64,000 nt of DNA from an uncultured virus (IMG/VR IMGVR_UViG_3300047471_000190) (IMGVR_UViG_3300047471_000190); one strand, 5' to 3'; shown: positions 47,194-56,831, numbered from the stretch's first letter. The notes: a model not told the origin generated them from the letters alone. Numbers and translations are program-made.

Positions 47194-49680
47194 TCAAAAA
47201 GGTGGAAGGTCGTCTGACGATTCACCGGGCGCCAGAATCATTGGCTGCTCCTTCTTTTTCTTCGGGACAGGCGGCCACTGCAAGCCCTTTCCATACACCG
47301 GTCGCCCCGTCGGCCAAACGTAGTGGATCATTTTCGGCTTTTCGATATCGTCGTTGACGGCGTTCGGGTCGCGCATCTCGGCTATCCCGATAATGTTGTA
47401 ACGCAAAAGATCATCACGAAATCGACGTATCCGCGCTTTGATGCGATTGCGATATTTCTCCAGTGACTCGTCCTGTTCCCTTGGATCTGTTTTCTGATAC
47501 TCGACCCCAAGTTCGGTCCACTTAATCGCTATAGCGATCGATGCCGGCAGCCCCAGCATAGCTGGCGGCGGTTTGCCGACCTGGTCCATTGCCTTGAGCA
47601 GTGCGCGAAACACGTCGACATTGTTGCCCTTCAACACAAAGCCGGCGGGTCGCGGCCTGCCCAATGCTTCGTCCGCGACTTCACGAGGCACATGGCCGGC
47701 GGGCTCGACCGAAACCATTGACGGGATATCCTCGCCGTCTTCGTCAACTCCGATCTTGACCGACTGCAGAACAAATTCCCACGACAGCCGATCATCGCCC
47801 TCGCGCTGTTTCATTATCCGTCCGCGGCGGATCACGCGGCCTACGTCATCTCGCTTTTCGATCGTATGTTTGGTGTCGGTATAGACACGCTCGATCAGAA
47901 TCGCGGTTTCGATGTTGTTGAAAAATTGCTCATTGCCGCGGTGGCGACCTTCGGCGTTCGTATGGCCGATGATGATCAGAGGAGCGCCGGCGCGTTCTTT
48001 CACGACGTCATAGTTCGACATGATCTTGTTCATGTCGTCGCTCTTGATCTCGCTCGAGCCACGCGTGGCCGAATTGTGCGTGTCGATCACGATGCCGGCC
48101 AACGGGAGTCGGAATGACTCTGCAAGGTTTCGGATCTCGTCGGCGAGCGCAACAACATTGTCCTCGCTGGCAAATAGGTTTGGTGGACGTGTCAACCAGG
48201 CGAACGAATGCAGGTCTTCGATCTTCATATCGTGATGGCGTAGGTATGCGCGCAAGCGATTCTCAAAGCCGGTAGCGCCCTCATAGGTGAGATAGACATA
48301 GCCACCGGGGATAACCTTGCGACCGGCGAACGGCTCGCCCTTCATGACGTGCATCAGCATGTCGAGACATTCGAACGTCTTGCCCGATCGGCTCGGCCCC
48401 ATCAGGAGCGCGTTGTCCGTCATGGGCAGAATATCCTTGATGCGCCATGGGTAGGCTCGCACGACGCCGCCGAGATCGGCGGCCGTCTTGGCGCCGAACT
48501 TCGAAACATACGGCGCCGGCTCCCATTGCTTCAGCCCATCGACTATCTCCAGCAACTGATCTTTGGTGCCGCCGCCGGCGTCGCGCCAGTCCTTGACATC
48601 GCCCTTGATCGGACAGGCAGTCCACACGTCGCGAAAGTTCAGGACCTGCACCAGGTCAACACCGACAGCCTTCAGCATTGCTGCGCGCTTGTTTGCGGCT
48701 TCAGTTCCTGCGCGATCGTTATCCTGCAGAATTACCACGCGCGCGGCACCACGGAAAAACTCGGCGCACGCTTCGGAGAAGTGTTTCGATCCGCCGGAAT
48801 TGGTTACAGCCAGCAACCCCCACTCTTTGAGGATGTCGACCTTGCCTTCGCCCTCCGGCATGAAGATGACTCGCTGATCCTCTTTCGGCTCCTGCAGCTC
48901 GTCGATTACGTCGTTCGCATTGTAGAGCCAGTGCTCTACGTTGCCGCCGGTAAGGAACTGCCGGATCTCCGAATTCGGCCACCAACTCTTGCGCTCGTCA
49001 GTAGCGCGGAGCCAGCCAGCCGTTTTTGGATGCTTGATGAACTTATGCGGTTCACCTTTCTTGTCGATAAAATCCAGGCCCATGACAAACGAGCCATCGT
49101 TATCCGGCGACGGCCGCCGTTGAAAAAAAGTCTTCTCGACCTTGCCATGCTTCATGCGCCAGCTGCCGTCGGGCAGCCGCGCCTGCATGCGCACCGTCTG
49201 ATAGAGCAGCGTATTATCGGGGTCGCGATAATCCCAAACGGCGACTATTTGGTTGACAGCGCGAGCGCCTGCCACACCATCGTTAGGCCGATCGTCTCCA
49301 GGTGCCGACGCACCCGGGTCTCCGCTGTCGTGATCTCGAGGGTCGGATGCCTGCGCATTTCCATGTCCATTAAGCGAAGCAGCAGGCCGTCTAGATCCGC
49401 TCTGGAGGGAGATACCGGCCTGCCGGGAAAGTTCTTCGACTGCTTCGACAAACGAGAGACCATCATAGGTTTGCTTGAAGTCGAAGATATCGTGCGGCTT
49501 CCCGTCGCCGCCGGCGCCGAATTCGCACCAGAACATTTTCTTGTCGTTGACCGTGAACGACTCGTTTCCTTTTTCGACAAATTCAGCCCCCTTTTTGATG
49601 AGCACCTTCGACGAACCGACTACGTCGCTCACCTTTAGGCGCGATCGAATCTCGTCGAGCTGGTGCGGATCGAATTTCAT
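47194..49680 (-). CDS. Primase-helicase (DnaG-like N-terminus, TOPRIM, AAA_25/RepA helicase)
   Basis: EGE.K.D and DND.AG TOPRIM motifs; GPSRSGKT Walker A; IVIDT Walker B; IIGHT. Confidence 0.9.
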   Translation of the reverse strand: MKFDPHQLDEIRSRLKVSDVVGSSKVLIKKGAEFVEKGNESFTVNDKKMFWCEFGAGGDGKPHDIFDFKQTYDGLSFVEAVEELSRQAGISLQSGSRRPAASLNGHGNAQASDPRDHDSGDPGASAPGDDRPNDGVAGARAVNQIVAVWDYRDPDNTLLYQTVRMQARLPDGSWRMKHGKVEKTFFQRRPSPDNDGSFVMGLDFIDKKGEPHKFIKHPKTAGWLRATDERKSWWPNSEIRQFLTGGNVEHWLYNANDVIDELQEPKEDQRVIFMPEGEGKVDILKEWGLLAVTNSGGSKHFSEACAEFFRGAARVVILQDNDRAGTEAANKRAAMLKAVGVDLVQVLNFRDVWTACPIKGDVKDWRDAGGGTKDQLLEIVDGLKQWEPAPYVSKFGAKTAADLGGVVRAYPWRIKDILPMTDNALLMGPSRSGKTFECLDMLMHVMKGEPFAGRKVIPGGYVYLTYEGATGFENRLRAYLRHHDMKIEDLHSFAWLTRPPNLFASEDNVVALADEIRNLAESFRLPLAGIVIDTHNSATRGSSEIKSDDMNKIMSNYDVVKERAGAPLIIIGHTNAEGRHRGNEQFFNNIETAILIERVYTDTKHTIEKRDDVGRVIRRGRIMKQREGDDRLSWEFVLQSVKIGVDEDGEDIPSMVSVEPAGHVPREVADEALGRPRPAGFVLKGNNVDVFRALLKAMDQVGKPPPAMLGLPASIAIAIKWTELGVEYQKTDPREQDESLEKYRNRIKARIRRFRDDLLRYNIIGIAEMRDPNAVNDDIEKPKMIHYVWPTGRPVYGKGLQWPPVPKKKKEQPMILAPGESSDDLPPF

Positions 49681-50234
49681 CAGGCAGACAGTCCTGTGAA
49701 GCGAGGACCGCCTGTATGTCCGCGGTGCGGGAAAAAATACCAAGCCGAATTTTCATAGCCACCATTCGAGCTGCCCCCCTTGAACCATACTACTCGGCCA
49801 AGGCTGACGACGCGGCTGCATCGATCGACATAGGGTGCAGCCTGTTGCGTGTGCATCCAATCTGCGTCAATCAGGGCCCAGGTCGGAAGTAGTGACGACA
49901 GGTGGTCGATCATTGGATGCAAAATTTCCCGCGTCCAAGGTGTGTTGGTGACGAACATCTGCGCGCCAGCCGATCGGCGCCACCGTTTATCCAGCGTGAA
50001 CGCATCGCGCGTCTCGATCCAGCTCCGTTGCTTGCGGCCAGGGTTGATGTCGCATGCGTAAACGCAGCGATGGCCGTACCACTTCATTGCCTCGACCAGG
50101 TCACCATTGCCGGCGCACGGCTCGGCAAACGCAATTCGGCCGGGCAGATGTTGCTGCAAGCGGCGGACCGGGTTTGGATCCGTCGTCAGATATTTGTCCT
50201 GCTTGATCCGAGGAAGATTCGATCGTTTACCCAA
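49680..50234 (-). CDS. Small amino-DNA-methyltransferase-like protein
   Basis: D.Y.T, FAEPCAGNGDLV, DI, VTNTPW. Confidence 0.75.
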   Translation of the reverse strand: MGKRSNLPRIKQDKYLTTDPNPVRRLQQHLPGRIAFAEPCAGNGDLVEAMKWYGHRCVYACDINPGRKQRSWIETRDAFTLDKRWRRSAGAQMFVTNTPWTREILHPMIDHLSSLLPTWALIDADWMHTQQAAPYVDRCSRVVSLGRVVWFKGGSSNGGYENSAWYFFPHRGHTGGPRFTGLSA

Positions 50235-51153
50235 CGTCGATTTCCTTCATGACGAGGCCAAAGCCAGCGTAGAATTCAATGTGAAGACCTACGCCTGCCA
50301 GCGCTTCGTTCATGCCGAGGCATACCGAGCGAACCGTGCTGCGAGTGTCTTCGGTATTCGAACTCATGACGGCGTTGGCAAGGAATGCTTCGCTGAGATG
50401 TCCCTTTCCCATTGCCTTTAGAAGCTTACCGGCAAGTACATACTCGCGCGACGACTGAAGAACACACTCACGATCGCCGTGAGTAAATATCGCCGTGTAC
50501 GGTCCTCTCGCCGGCGGACCCAGCTTCTTTCCCGGCGCGGGGACGCGCACAGATTCGCGCTCGACTATCGCTTTGATGACGCCAGGATTTGTCTTCAGCA
50601 CATCAACTGCTGCGGCGTCCATCTTCTCTGCTGCGGACTTCGGTAGCGTGAAGTTAATTCCGTCGCGCGCCAGAGTGCCGGCGCTCGAGAAGCCCCAGAG
50701 ACACGAGGTCCACGATTCAGACATTCCAGCCCAATACTTTTTCCGAAGCCAGTCTCGAATCTGTATTGATGAGGCTTTGCCACCAAGCGCAGTGATAGCC
50801 TCAGTGGCCATCGATAGATTCGAGGGCAATCCTTCCGGTCTAGTTTTTGACGGATAACCGTTGCTCGACGGCTCGATCGCCTTTTCCGGTTCTTTCGGCT
50901 CGGTCTTCTCTGGTTCTTTCGTCTCGTTGTTGGCAGGAGCCGGGTCGGCATTGGATGCTTCCTTATCGAGAAACGCCGGCAGCGCCACTCGATCGGCTGG
51001 CCCATACAACAGATTGATCACGGCTTCACATGCCGACAGCCACAACATGCGCTCGTCGAGCGGCCATTTCGATCCCGACGCCGGCAACTTGTCGAACAAC
51101 TCCATCATGAGCGGATCGATACACTTGTTGTCCAAATCGTCGCCGCTGCTCAT
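50227..51153 (-). CDS. Hypothetical multi-domain protein with HTH-like segments
   Basis: MSSGDDLD start coupled to the upstream stop. Confidence 0.6.
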   Translation of the reverse strand: MSSGDDLDNKCIDPLMMELFDKLPASGSKWPLDERMLWLSACEAVINLLYGPADRVALPAFLDKEASNADPAPANNETKEPEKTEPKEPEKAIEPSSNGYPSKTRPEGLPSNLSMATEAITALGGKASSIQIRDWLRKKYWAGMSESWTSCLWGFSSAGTLARDGINFTLPKSAAEKMDAAAVDVLKTNPGVIKAIVERESVRVPAPGKKLGPPARGPYTAIFTHGDRECVLQSSREYVLAGKLLKAMGKGHLSEAFLANAVMSSNTEDTRSTVRSVCLGMNEALAGVGLHIEFYAGFGLVMKEIDVG

Positions 51154-51464
51154 GATCGTTTTCCTTTCGTCGCCTTGTCGTTGTCGGCTAGCTTCTTCAG
51201 TTCGAACCGATCGGCCCATTCGATCAGTTCTTTCACATATCGCATCGACGCCAGCTCGCGGCGCCAACCTTCAAGCATCAACTTTTCTCCGCAGTTTTTG
51301 CTGATGCAGCTGATAACGATTCCGTCCTCGTCTCGCGCACCGCACGTCGGTTCCAGGCAACTGATGGTCGCTCGCACATTCAACGACGCCAGCCGATCGA
51401 GAATATACCCATAGGCAGCGTCGCGCGGCCGTTCAGTCGGGGATGTCAAGATTTTCCCCCTCAC
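51150..51464 (-). CDS. Hypothetical protein
   Basis: In-operon ORF; start uncertain. Confidence 0.45.
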   Translation of the reverse strand: MRGKILTSPTERPRDAAYGYILDRLASLNVRATISCLEPTCGARDEDGIVISCISKNCGEKLMLEGWRRELASMRYVKELIEWADRFELKKLADNDKATKGKRS

Positions 51465-52017
51465 GTCGCCACATGCGGGCGCCGTAGACTGCGATCAGGT
51501 ACGCTTCGGCGCGGTGCTGATGATATTTAAACTTCAGAAACGGAGCGCATTGCGGATATCGCTGCAGCACCAGCTGGCGCGCGGTATCATCAGTGCCGCC
51601 TTTGCTGTTCTTGCCGCGCAGATTGAACGCTGCTTTCCATGTCGCAGGGTTGACCTGCCGCAGCGGGATGTCGAGGACCGACACCAAGCAGCGCATCGCA
51701 AAATACGAGCCCATGAAGCGCGCCATCGACGTGGCGCCCCATTCGTCGACAATTTCCTTTCCGTCAGGCCCGATCATGAGCTTGCCGTTGGCATCACGCT
51801 TCTTCGGCAGAAACGCTACCTGCTGCTCGATGAAAGCGACGTCCGCGCGCAGCGGATAAATCCTATCGCGCAGATCGCGATAATCGATCTCTTTCTTGTT
51901 GCCCTCGCCGATCGTCGGCAACTCGAACATCCACGCGACGTTCGGTACTGGTTCATCAGGGCAATACAACGAGCACGCGCCCGCTATTCCCGGATCGATG
52001 CCGAGCACACGGACCAT
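51433..52017 (-). CDS. RuvC-like Holliday junction resolvase
   Basis: VLGIDPG..G, AFIE, V.P.TWK, AEA.LIA. Confidence 0.85.
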   Translation of the reverse strand: MVRVLGIDPGIAGACSLYCPDEPVPNVAWMFELPTIGEGNKKEIDYRDLRDRIYPLRADVAFIEQQVAFLPKKRDANGKLMIGPDGKEIVDEWGATSMARFMGSYFAMRCLVSVLDIPLRQVNPATWKAAFNLRGKNSKGGTDDTARQLVLQRYPQCAPFLKFKYHQHRAEAYLIAVYGARMWRREGENLDIPD

Positions 52018-52028
52018 GGCTGACCCCT

Positions 52029-52589
52029 TCAGTTCAGTTTGGGCTTGTGCTCGGGACCGCGGCCAACGCGATCGATCGGATCATCGCCTTGCGTCTTGGC
52101 GCCGGCCTTCGCCGCAAGATCGGCAACCGGATTTGGTCTTGCCGGTTCGACGGCGCTGGCGCCGGGCTGGCGCAGGTAACTCGGTCGCATGTCGACGACG
52201 CCGTCTTCGTCTTTCTCCCGCGGCGGGTCGCCGATGACGCCAGGCTTCAGAAAACGCCCCTGCAAATTTGCGTGCTCGTCGAGCTTGAAATACTCGCGCA
52301 GCTTGTCGAAGTTCGCTAGCCAGCCGGCCAATTTTTCCGATGCGATGGAAGGGTTTTTTGCGTTCTTGAATGCATCGGCCAGGCCCTTCACCACCTTGAA
52401 CGCCGAAATGTTCAGATGCTTGCTCTTGGCGTCTTGGGCCGATTTCTGCAGATCCTTGTTCGCCTCGTCGACTGTCCCCTTCACGTCGTCGAATGTCGTA
52501 TTGAAAACCTTGATCGTGGTATCGGCCGGAGTTCGTATTTCTTTGCCGGTCGGTTGCTTCTCGGATTCGATTGCCGTGCGCTTTGCCAT
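52029..52589 (-). CDS. Divergent GapR/DUF2312-like DNA-binding protein
   Basis: Helical DEANKDLQKSAQDAKSKHLNISAFKVVKGL resembles the GapR core; GGGGAG RBS. Confidence 0.5.
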   Translation of the reverse strand: MAKRTAIESEKQPTGKEIRTPADTTIKVFNTTFDDVKGTVDEANKDLQKSAQDAKSKHLNISAFKVVKGLADAFKNAKNPSIASEKLAGWLANFDKLREYFKLDEHANLQGRFLKPGVIGDPPREKDEDGVVDMRPSYLRQPGASAVEPARPNPVADLAAKAGAKTQGDDPIDRVGRGPEHKPKLN

Positions 52590-52915
52590 GGGTCTCCCCC
52601 GTTGGCGGCCCCGGGTACGTGTCGCGTTTCCCAGGGCCGCCTATGCAACTGCCGACGGTTGGGCCGGTCGACGTCGCAACTGTGAATTTTTCGAAGGAGC
52701 CCAACCCTCTCGACCGAAAGAATCGATCGACCACCGTTCATAGGCTCCCACTGCAAAGTCCGTCAACGGTCATCATTTGATGTCGGATTGCGAGGAACGG
52801 TATCGGAGAGAGGGGTACGGGACAGAGTAGGGAGGGCCCGAAGGGCCTCCCCCTATCCACCTTTTATGCTGCCGTGCGCGAGGCACTCGTACCCATTTCG
52901 AGCAAAAGCCGTCAA

Positions 52916-52947
52916 GGTACGCAGACCGGGTACGCGGCCGGGTACGC
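52916..52947. repeat. GGGTACGC direct repeats, cluster B
   Basis: GGTACGC at 52916, 52929 and 52941; 22/23 identical to cluster A over 52925-52947. Confidence 0.75.
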
Positions 52948-53114
52948 AGGCTTGTATCGATACTTGATGCGGCAAAAAGTGAAAGGATGTCAAAAGCTTG
53001 TGTTTTCGTCTCGCATGTAGGGAAATATTTTCCAAGCGGCGGCGACTTATCCCCGCTGTCCCCCGCAAGGCTCTTTCCGGGACAACCAGCGGCACGAAAA
53101 CAGGGATGGACAAC

Positions 53115-53136
53115 ACTATAGCGATAGTTTAGTTAC
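53115..53136 (+). promoter_or_regulatory. Operator/promoter (copy 3) at start of the early arm
   Basis: ACTATA-gcgat-AGTTTAGTTAC; GGAGGAAGCC RBS downstream. Confidence 0.7.
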
Positions 53137-53181
53137 TTCGGCGCCGGCGAATCGTCCGGTGATTGCCGGAGGAAGCCAGCA

Positions 53182-53433
53182 ATGCCTGTTTTCCAAAATG
53201 GTGCCAAGACGACAACCGTCATCACTATCGTTGAACGTCACGAGCTGGAGTTCGACGGTCTCCAGATCAAGCGACTTTTACTCGCTGCCGGCTTCGTCGT
53301 TCCGGAAAAATGCGATCTGAGAATCTACATCGCTATCCCAGGCGGCGGCGACTGGTCGAACACCGATATCGAGATTAGCAATGAGCATCCGCTCTGCGTC
53401 GAGTGGACAACTACTGTCGAGCGCAAATCATGA
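53182..53433 (+). CDS. Hypothetical protein
   Basis: GGAGG RBS; VPGGGDWSN-like motif; coupled to the next gene. Confidence 0.65.
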   Translation: MPVFQNGAKTTTVITIVERHELEFDGLQIKRLLLAAGFVVPEKCDLRIYIAIPGGGDWSNTDIEISNEHPLCVEWTTTVERKS

Positions 53434-54752
53434 ATGCTCATGTACCGGCGCTGCAGCCAAAGATATCCGACATCGTCGCCGAATATGACAAGAAGCGCGC
53501 AGCGCTGTCGGGCGCCTTGAAGAATTTCGAGACCAATATCCTTGATATGAAGATGGCCGCCACCGTCTCTGGCACGCATGGCCAAGAAAACATTGATGTT
53601 CGCGGTCCGTCTTTGTCTACGCTGGAGTCGCACCTGCTGAAGTCAGCATGGCACCATATGTACAACGGTTTGAACATAAAGGCACTGACAGGCCCGACCG
53701 ACAAACGATTGTGGGAACAGGCGATGGCAAAGCCGCCGCCGTTCACTTTGGATAATGTTCGAGCGACGTTCGACAAGTACATTGTGGATCCGCGCGGCGC
53801 TGTCCTGCGCAGTCTAGCCGAAGTGTTCTGCAATCTTGACCAAGCCTACAAGAGCCACGACAAGGTCAAGATCGGCGTGGCTGGCCTACCGAAGCGCGTC
53901 GTCATGCGCGGCTTTGGTTCGTCTACCCATTACGGCCGCGAGCAGTTGCAAACTATCTTGAACGCGCTGGCAGCCTACCAGGACCGGCCGCTGATGACCT
54001 ATCCCGAACTCGACGCGCTGATGGACGACGAGAACGCACTGCTCGAAACGCGCGTCATCACCAAGCCGCAGCGATACGGCAAGCCTGACCTGATCCCGGT
54101 CATTGCCCGCGGTGTTCGTCTTCGCCGTTTCCAAAATGGCAACGGTCATCTGTTCTTCGAAAAAGGAACGCTGACCGACATCAACAAGGCGCTGGCCGAA
54201 TTTTACGGATCTGTTCTTCCCGACACCACGGACGAGAAACCGACAAAAAAACAGGCGTCGACCGCCGTATCGAAAGACCTGCAGTATTATGCAACGCCGG
54301 CGAAGCTGGCTGAAGATATCGTTGACGAACTTTATCAGGTGAATGGTGCGCGGTTCCTCGAGCCGTCGTGCGGCTGCGGACGTCTTATGGACGCCCTGCG
54401 CAAAGCTGGTGCCAAGGTCTACGGCATCGAGGTTGACGTGCAGCGCGCCGCCCAAAGCCGGGCCAAGGGCCATTCGGTGCTCACCGCGAACTTTCTCGAA
54501 ACCGTGCCGACGGGAGACTTCGACCAGGTCCTCATGAATTCGCCGTTCTACGGCAAGCACTATGCGAAGCATGTCGAGCACGCATTCAAGTTCTTAAAGC
54601 CCGGCGGCACGCTAACCGCTATCCTGCCGGTGACGGCCCGTTACGACCACGGACTTGTTGACGGCAAATGGCGGGATCTACCCGTTGGCTCGTTCAGCGC
54701 CAGCGGGACCAACATCAACACGACAATTTTAACCATGAAAAAGGGAGCTTAA
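53430..54752 (+). CDS. DUF4942-like domain plus N6-adenine methyltransferase
   Basis: F.NGNGHL.F; QYYATP, FLEPSCG.G, MNSPF, LKPGG.L.AILP. Confidence 0.8.
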   Translation: MNAHVPALQPKISDIVAEYDKKRAALSGALKNFETNILDMKMAATVSGTHGQENIDVRGPSLSTLESHLLKSAWHHMYNGLNIKALTGPTDKRLWEQAMAKPPPFTLDNVRATFDKYIVDPRGAVLRSLAEVFCNLDQAYKSHDKVKIGVAGLPKRVVMRGFGSSTHYGREQLQTILNALAAYQDRPLMTYPELDALMDDENALLETRVITKPQRYGKPDLIPVIARGVRLRRFQNGNGHLFFEKGTLTDINKALAEFYGSVLPDTTDEKPTKKQASTAVSKDLQYYATPAKLAEDIVDELYQVNGARFLEPSCGCGRLMDALRKAGAKVYGIEVDVQRAAQSRAKGHSVLTANFLETVPTGDFDQVLMNSPFYGKHYAKHVEHAFKFLKPGGTLTAILPVTARYDHGLVDGKWRDLPVGSFSASGTNINTTILTMKKGA

Positions 54753-54753
54753 C

Positions 54754-55134
54754 ATGATCAAGAAGAAGCGAACTGGCCAGCGCAGAGTAAGCCAGTCCGA
54801 TACCGAACTCGGAAAGAAGATCCGGCTGCGGCGCGTTGAGCTAAAAATATCGCAGGCAGAACTCGGCGACAAACTCGGCGTCAGCTTTCAGCAGGTTCAA
54901 AAATACGAGAAAGGCGTCAACCGTGTTGGTGCCTCCCGTCTTCAGGCCATCGCCACTGCCCTGGACGTTCCCGTGACCTTCTTCTACGAGGGCGACGGCG
55001 CAGATCGTGAAGTCGAATCGCTCCTGTTTCTCGATTCTTCGTTCAGCCTGCGTCTGCTGCGGGCTTATTCGAAGATCAAGAACCAGGCTGTCCAACGATC
55101 GCTCGTTGGACTGATGGAAACGCTGGCCTCGTAA
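54754..55134 (+). CDS. XRE HTH regulator, PraR/PhrR-like
   Basis: IRLRR....SQ.ELG..LGVSFQQVQKYEKG.NRVGASRL..IA..L.VPV.FFY. Confidence 0.9.
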   Translation: MIKKKRTGQRRVSQSDTELGKKIRLRRVELKISQAELGDKLGVSFQQVQKYEKGVNRVGASRLQAIATALDVPVTFFYEGDGADREVESLLFLDSSFSLRLLRAYSKIKNQAVQRSLVGLMETLAS

Positions 55135-55148
55135 CGCTGGAGGAGACT

Positions 55149-55349
55149 ATGGCGGAAAAGGATAAAGTCAGCGGTCGCGGTATTGTCGACTCGATCTATG
55201 CGCTGCGCCTTAACCGCTACAACACCAAGGGGCCGGGCGCCAAGCGTGCCCGGCCTGCAGAGCGGCCGTCGGTCGATCAACTGCGCGACAAGGTGGCGAA
55301 GGTCTCCACGAAGAAAAAGAAGAAAGCAAAAAAGGGAAAGAGCAGATGA
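55149..55349 (+). CDS. Small lysine-rich protein
   Basis: GGAGGAG RBS; poly-K tail. Confidence 0.6.
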   Translation: MAEKDKVSGRGIVDSIYALRLNRYNTKGPGAKRARPAERPSVDQLRDKVAKVSTKKKKKAKKGKSR

Positions 55350-55408
55350 GCATCATCCACGTCAAGGCGACGATCCGATGCGATGGTTGCAACAGAAAGG
55401 ATAACGTC

Positions 55409-56470
55409 ATGACCAGAGCCCCTGCGAATGCCGAGCTGCTGGCACTGGCCGATGAATACGAAGACGGCCTGAAAAAGTGCGCTGGCTCTGGATACGAGGA
55501 ATATGGCCCTGGTTTTCAGCGGCGCCAGCAAATGATTATTGACGCGCTTCGTTTCAGCGCTCTCCGCGCCTCACCGCGATCGGATGAAGTGCGGGCGGCA
55601 CTTCGTGATGCATGTGGCCGCCTGCAACAGTTTCTAGACACGTTCGGCGATATCGGCGACTGCGCAACGGCGGCCGACTTGAATGATTGGTGCGCCCTCG
55701 CCAAGCCAGCGGAAGCGCCGACGATGATCAACCAGATTATTGAAGTCGACGGATGTCGTTGGCGCGTAAATGCCAAAAGCATGAAAGATGCACTCAATGA
55801 AATAGGCATGGCTCGGTCCACGGGAAGCACTGGTTCGCGCACCGTGGTCGATAGTACTCTGTGCGGCGGTTCAATAGAATTGAAAGCCGAAGTGCAGCGC
55901 TTGGACGATCCGCAGCCAGCGAAAGCGCCGGCACGATGCCAGACGTGCGGAGGCGATGGGTATATCAATCGCCATGAAAATCTTCCGGATGATCCGTGCC
56001 CCGCTTGCAACAAAAATGCCCCGACCGCTGCTGAGCGGATGCGTGTCATAGCCTCGGAAGCGCCGGTCATCGCCCCTATTGAAAGTGCTGGCCTTCGAGG
56101 AGCAAAGCAGCAAGCAATTAACGAGCACAGATCAATGTTTCCAGCGGAAGCGCCGGCGGGGGTGCGGGAGGTCCTGATACGGATTGAAAGCGATCTGCGT
56201 AGCTACGTGAAGGCGCTCGGCGAAGGTGATGATCTTGGGGCCGTCTTGCTAGGGTGCGCCAACGATGCGGCAAAAGCCCTCTCCGCACAACCTGCACGGC
56301 AGACGGGGCGGGAGGTTTCCGACGATCGCGCGATGATGTTGGCGCTGCGAATTTCCAGCGGTCAAGTCTCTGCGGTTCAAGGCGCGGTCGAGATCATGCA
56401 TTACGCGACGGATGCAATTGAACAGGAGCGGCAGTTCTCCAAGGACGGTGAGGAAGGGAAAACGGCATGA
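55409..56470 (+). CDS. Mosaic hypothetical protein with PAEAP junctions and CxxC zinc module
   Basis: AAAGGA RBS; CQTCGGDG...CPAC; alternative start at 55346. Confidence 0.6.
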   Translation: MTRAPANAELLALADEYEDGLKKCAGSGYEEYGPGFQRRQQMIIDALRFSALRASPRSDEVRAALRDACGRLQQFLDTFGDIGDCATAADLNDWCALAKPAEAPTMINQIIEVDGCRWRVNAKSMKDALNEIGMARSTGSTGSRTVVDSTLCGGSIELKAEVQRLDDPQPAKAPARCQTCGGDGYINRHENLPDDPCPACNKNAPTAAERMRVIASEAPVIAPIESAGLRGAKQQAINEHRSMFPAEAPAGVREVLIRIESDLRSYVKALGEGDDLGAVLLGCANDAAKALSAQPARQTGREVSDDRAMMLALRISSGQVSAVQGAVEIMHYATDAIEQERQFSKDGEEGKTA

Positions 56471-56831
56471 GCGACGGACGGCACCTGGACCAGCGTATTG
56501 CCTGCGTCATCGCCGGCGCTGAGATAGCGCGATCTGCTCGTCGGATGCGCTGGAGAGAGGCGGTGTTAGAAGCTCGCATGTCCTACAGCCGCGTGCGTGA
56601 CTACAGCTCGCCGCCGATCAATATCGCGCCGTAAAGCATGAAGTACACGAGATGCTGCGGGCCATCGTCGAAGGGCGGCTGACAGCCATTTGCACCCCGC
56701 TTCTGATGCAGTTGGAGAAGATCGAGACGTCGATCAAGGTCCTCAAAATCTTGGCTTCCTCATCGGGTCGAGGGGGTCCGGAAAGCTACGCTCCGAAATC
56801 TTATCGAGAGAGAATCCGACATGACATCTGA
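56467..56831 (+). pseudogene. Possible frameshifted hypothetical gene
   Basis: ORF 56467-56634 continues sensibly in the -1 frame from about 56601 to 56831. Confidence 0.35.

Noticed and set aside
52853..53056. DnaA boxes (CTATCCACC, TTATCCCCG)
   Set aside because: Two mismatches each from TTATCCACA; expected by chance
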